In this document: positions 35,851-38,697 of the stretch, piece by piece | Layout: each line of letters starts with the position of its first letter | Numbering within the stretch: the first letter of the stretch is position 1 | Source of the DNA: a virus | Lineage: Duplodnaviria > Caudoviricetes | Reading direction: 5' to 3' (one strand) | IMG/VR virus record: IMGVR_UViG_3300017650_000206 | Span: 1-38,697 of that record | Length of the DNA: 38,697 nucleotides | Program-made: the position numbers and the translations under genes | Notes under the pieces: generated by a model | The model's input: only the letters and a program-made list of their open reading frames with translations | Databases searched by the model: none | What the model was told of the DNA's origin: nothing

Positions 35851-35899
35851 AGGTTTTTTAACCGACATTGGTTGACTTCGGTTAAAAAACCGATATGGT
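35851..35899 (+). promoter_or_regulatory. OL: two operators around rightward early promoter
   Basis: AGGTTTTTTAACCG (35851), CGGTTAAAAAACCG (35879); TTGACT-N16-TATGGT. Confidence 0.82.
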
Positions 35900-36004
35900 T
35901 ACCGAAGTCTTTCGTTTCTGCGGATGCCCTGCCTGAAACAAAATGGCTCAGGCTGTGCGCACACACCTGCCTGAGCCTTCAACCAAAGACCGTTGGAGGT
36001 AACT

Positions 36005-36370
36005 ATGGTTTCCCAAGAGAATATACCACTTGCTCAGCGAATTCCAGCTGAGGAGTCGATCAGCAACGCTACCGAGCAGTTCGACAGGACCGGCGGCATA
36101 GTTGACCATATGGCCCGAACAAAAAACCTAGGCTATTTGCTCGAAAAGGAGATCCATAAGATCGTCCTCACCGACAATAGGAGAATGGGCGAACGCCACG
36201 GGCTCACCCTTGTCGGCTTCTCACTGAAAGAAATCGAAATTCTCGCTTGGATGTCAGCAGAAATATCTGCTTCGGCAGAAACCTTGTCGGCCGAATTAGA
36301 TGAAGCTCGCTCTCGCTTGATTGAGGCCGAGAGATCACTGTCATCGAGCACGGAAGGGAACGCAGCATGA
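36005..36370 (+). CDS. Hypothetical early protein
   Basis: GGAGG RBS; first gene after early promoter. Confidence 0.75.
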   Translation: MVSQENIPLAQRIPAEESISNATEQFDRTGGIVDHMARTKNLGYLLEKEIHKIVLTDNRRMGERHGLTLVGFSLKEIEILAWMSAEISASAETLSAELDEARSRLIEAERSLSSSTEGNAA

Positions 36371-36876
36371 GCAAGAACCTTCTCGAAGCAGTCGATGCTA
36401 TTGATCGCGCCCGTTTCGTTGCGCACACCGTTCGCCTTGTAGGCAACGGCATCCTGGGCGAGGATCGAATGTTCGGCAATGCCCTTTGCGAAGTGGCCGG
36501 CCAGATCGTCGAACATCTGGACACTGCCGTTTCAAAAATCGAGACCCGTCCCAATGAACCGGACCCAGACCGTGGAATATTGCTGGCGTACCAGGAGTGG
36601 TCCGACGCTCAAGAGGCGCTGGCGGCAGCCCAAGGCGATGCTGACGACCAGCTAGAGGCAGAATACAGCGCCATTCGGACAGCAGAAGACAAGGTTCTCA
36701 GCTTCGCTCCAACCACCGCCCGTGCCCTAGCCATTCAGGTGATCGTCTTCACCAGCTTCTACGAATTCGCGCTTACGGCCAACGGCAGGTTCGACCTAGA
36801 GGCCGCTGTGGAGAGCATCGCAGCGGTCGAGCGCCCCCTGCCTTATCGCCACAGCAACCCGGGGAGTGCAGCATGA
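36367..36876 (+). CDS. Hypothetical early protein
   Basis: ATGA coupling on both sides. Confidence 0.78.
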   Translation: MSKNLLEAVDAIDRARFVAHTVRLVGNGILGEDRMFGNALCEVAGQIVEHLDTAVSKIETRPNEPDPDRGILLAYQEWSDAQEALAAAQGDADDQLEAEYSAIRTAEDKVLSFAPTTARALAIQVIVFTSFYEFALTANGRFDLEAAVESIAAVERPLPYRHSNPGSAA

Positions 36877-37085
36877 CCTACGACCCTCATAAAGTGACGC
36901 AGGCTGGCGATGCCCTTAATCGCGGCATTGCGATGGTCAACACGATCTGGCTGGCGCTGGAGCGTGCTGAAACAGAAGAAGATATTTCGCAGGCTGCCGA
37001 CACCCTGGCCGAGGCGCAGAGCAAGCTGCTCGAAGCCCAGAAACTCATCGGCCTTCATCGGCCTCACGATGGGAGGAACGAATGA
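36873..37085 (+). CDS. Hypothetical early protein
   Basis: GGAG RBS, ATGA coupling. Confidence 0.72.
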   Translation: MTYDPHKVTQAGDALNRGIAMVNTIWLALERAETEEDISQAADTLAEAQSKLLEAQKLIGLHRPHDGRNE

Positions 37086-37393
37086 CAGCCCTCACCACCA
37101 GAGCAAAAGCCCTTCTTGATGCCGTCGACTTCGACAACAACGGAGCCATGGTCGCCGGTGTCTATCGTGGCGGCAACGGCGGGCTGATCTCTCGCGAGAC
37201 GATCGTCGCCGCCGACGAATTGCGCAAAGTGCTGGAGGTCGGCGATCACTCGCCGTCCTTCGATGGATCAATCCCTGAGCAGTTGGCCCTTGCCGTCGAT
37301 TTCTGCGCCGAGATCAACCGGGCCAGCGGGATCACGCCGGACGGCCTGCTCGACATGGCCCAGCGGCTGTATGAGGCGGGCGGGCAGGCATGA
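37082..37393 (+). CDS. Hypothetical early protein
   Basis: GGAGG RBS, ATGA coupling; LLDAVDFD.NG......GGNGGLISRETI..ADELR conserved phage motif. Confidence 0.78.
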   Translation: MTALTTRAKALLDAVDFDNNGAMVAGVYRGGNGGLISRETIVAADELRKVLEVGDHSPSFDGSIPEQLALAVDFCAEINRASGITPDGLLDMAQRLYEAGGQA

Positions 37394-37476
37394 CCCTCTG
37401 TATCCAGTTCGCCGGGTGCCTTGGCGTAGCACTGAGCCTCGTGCTGGCCGCATTGCCACTGCTGGGGGCGACATGA
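37390..37476 (+). CDS. 28-aa hydrophobic peptide
   Basis: MTLCIQFAGCLGVALSLVLAALPLLGAT*; ATGA overlaps at both ends; below ORF-track cutoff. Confidence 0.65.
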   Translation: MTLCIQFAGCLGVALSLVLAALPLLGAT

Positions 37477-37706
37477 GCGGGACAGCTAGACGCGCAATCA
37501 TTCCTCAATCGGACGTCAAGCGCATCCTCACCGCTGCAAAACAGGCAGGGATAACTATGGGGATTGTGGTGATAGGCCGAGAAGTCCGGTTTGTTCCGGT
37601 TGACGAACTCGAAAGCGGCAAAACGGTATCTGAGCTTGACCGATGGAGGGCCAAGCGAGATGCAAGGAACCAGAAAGCACAAGATCGTGGGCGTTCACCG
37701 CGTTAG
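37473..37706 (+). CDS. Excisionase / recombination directionality factor-like protein
   Basis: RAII.QSDVKRIL.AA..AG...LDRWR; overlaps integrase start. Confidence 0.65.
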   Translation: MSGTARRAIIPQSDVKRILTAAKQAGITMGIVVIGREVRFVPVDELESGKTVSELDRWRAKRDARNQKAQDRGRSPR

Positions 37707-38697
37707 GCGAAGACTGGCGAGCGGCCAGGTCGTCGAATACCATTATGCTTGGCGCGGTGGGCCTCGCATTGAAGCTGCGCCGGACACCCACGAATACCTA
37801 GTCGAATACACCCGACTGACGCGTGATCGAGAGGACGCCAAGCGAGAGGGGTTTTTCCCCGAGCTCGTTTATGCCTATCGACAAAGCCAAGCCTACCTCA
37901 AACTCAAGCCCAGCACCCTGCGAGGCTACGACTGGGCTATAGGTGAGATTGAAGCCGAGTTTTGCGATCTTCCGATAAGGGCCATCGGCCAAAGAGGGGC
38001 GCGATCTACCTTTCTGGAATGGCGTGATGGATTGGCGGAAACACCCCGCAAAGCCGACCTCTTGCTAGCGGTTCTTGCGCGCATTCTGTCGTTCGCGTTC
38101 GACCGGGAAATGATCGATCGCAATCCCTTGGAGCGCGTGGACAAGATTTCAGCCGGCACAAGGCGTGACAAGCTCTGGACAGACGCGGATGTCGAGGCCT
38201 TTAAGGCGAACGCCAGCCCTGCCCTGCAGCTCGCGATTGAGTTGGCGCGCTGGACAGGGCAGCGGCAAGGTGACCTGCTGACCTTGCCATGGTCAGCTTA
38301 TGACGGGACGCACATCACTCTCCGGCAAGGGAAGACTGGCAAGCAGGTTCGCATCCGGGTCGCCGCACAGCTGAAAGCTGCTCTTGATGCTACCAAGCGT
38401 GTTGCCGTGACGATCCTCTCGACAGAACGCGGAAGTCGATCATGGACAGGGGATGGGTTCAGGGCTTCGTGGGGAAAAGCGTGCACCCGGGCAAAGATCG
38501 AGGGCCTCACCTTCCACGACCTGCGCGGCACATTTGTGTCGCTGGCGTATCGGAACGGAGCCTCGATCAAAGAAATTTCCGAGATCACCGGACACTCGGA
38601 AAAGGACGCCGAGGGAATCATCCGCAAGCACTATCTGGCTGGCGATGCTGCGATCATAAAACTAGATGCTGGGAACAAAAAGAGACAGCAATTGTAA
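37660..38697 (+). CDS. int: Tyrosine recombinase (phage integrase)
   Basis: TGQRQGDL, QGKTG, FHDLRGT, ITGHS, RKHY catalytic residues; GGAGG RBS. Confidence 0.96.
   Translation: MQGTRKHKIVGVHRVRRRLASGQVVEYHYAWRGGPRIEAAPDTHEYLVEYTRLTRDREDAKREGFFPELVYAYRQSQAYLKLKPSTLRGYDWAIGEIEAEFCDLPIRAIGQRGARSTFLEWRDGLAETPRKADLLLAVLARILSFAFDREMIDRNPLERVDKISAGTRRDKLWTDADVEAFKANASPALQLAIELARWTGQRQGDLLTLPWSAYDGTHITLRQGKTGKQVRIRVAAQLKAALDATKRVAVTILSTERGSRSWTGDGFRASWGKACTRAKIEGLTFHDLRGTFVSLAYRNGASIKEISEITGHSEKDAEGIIRKHYLAGDAAIIKLDAGNKKRQQL

Larger units (their letters stand above)
1..38697. mobile_element. Temperate siphovirus prophage (HK97-like head), alphaproteobacterial host
   Basis: Complete modular order: lysis, tail, head, packaging, late regulator, replication, cro/cI, early genes, integrase. 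Confidence 0.97.

Noticed and set aside
1-38697. CRISPR array, tRNA, IS element, att sites
   Set aside because: None recognised; the window starts and ends at stop codons, so att sites lie outside it

Overview
The window holds a nearly complete temperate siphovirus prophage (HK97-type head, long non-contractile tail) of an alphaproteobacterium, most likely Hyphomicrobiales/Rhizobiales. Host evidence: an Omp25/RopB-type porin, GTTC-N7-GTTC LexA boxes and a sul1-like leader. It runs from the last lysis gene (left edge) to the integrase stop (right edge); att sites are not visible. Left to right: lysis cassette; moron island (FixJ/LuxR-type regulator, Omp25/RopB, candidate sRNA); tail fibre, tail, head and packaging genes; HNH; morons (CPBP protease, secreted protein); DUF6456-like late regulator; SulP transporter moron; ParB-like protein; ~450 nt hairpin-rich non-coding tract; primase; SF2 helicase; cro/cI switch; HTH + DUF3800 + structured RNA; SOS-boxed gene pair; early operon; xis-like gene; integrase. 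Most notable: (1) a DUF3800 RNase H-like gene, coupled to a small HTH gene, with a compact three-way-junction RNA over its stop codon (candidate RNA-linked toxin/defence module); (2) the large structured non-coding region behind the primase; (3) a late regulator with its own LexA-boxed promoter, followed by a lambda pR'/pause/tR'-like late promoter; (4) a tail chaperone -1 frameshift with no canonical slippery heptamer. All family assignments come from motif recognition by eye, not database searches.
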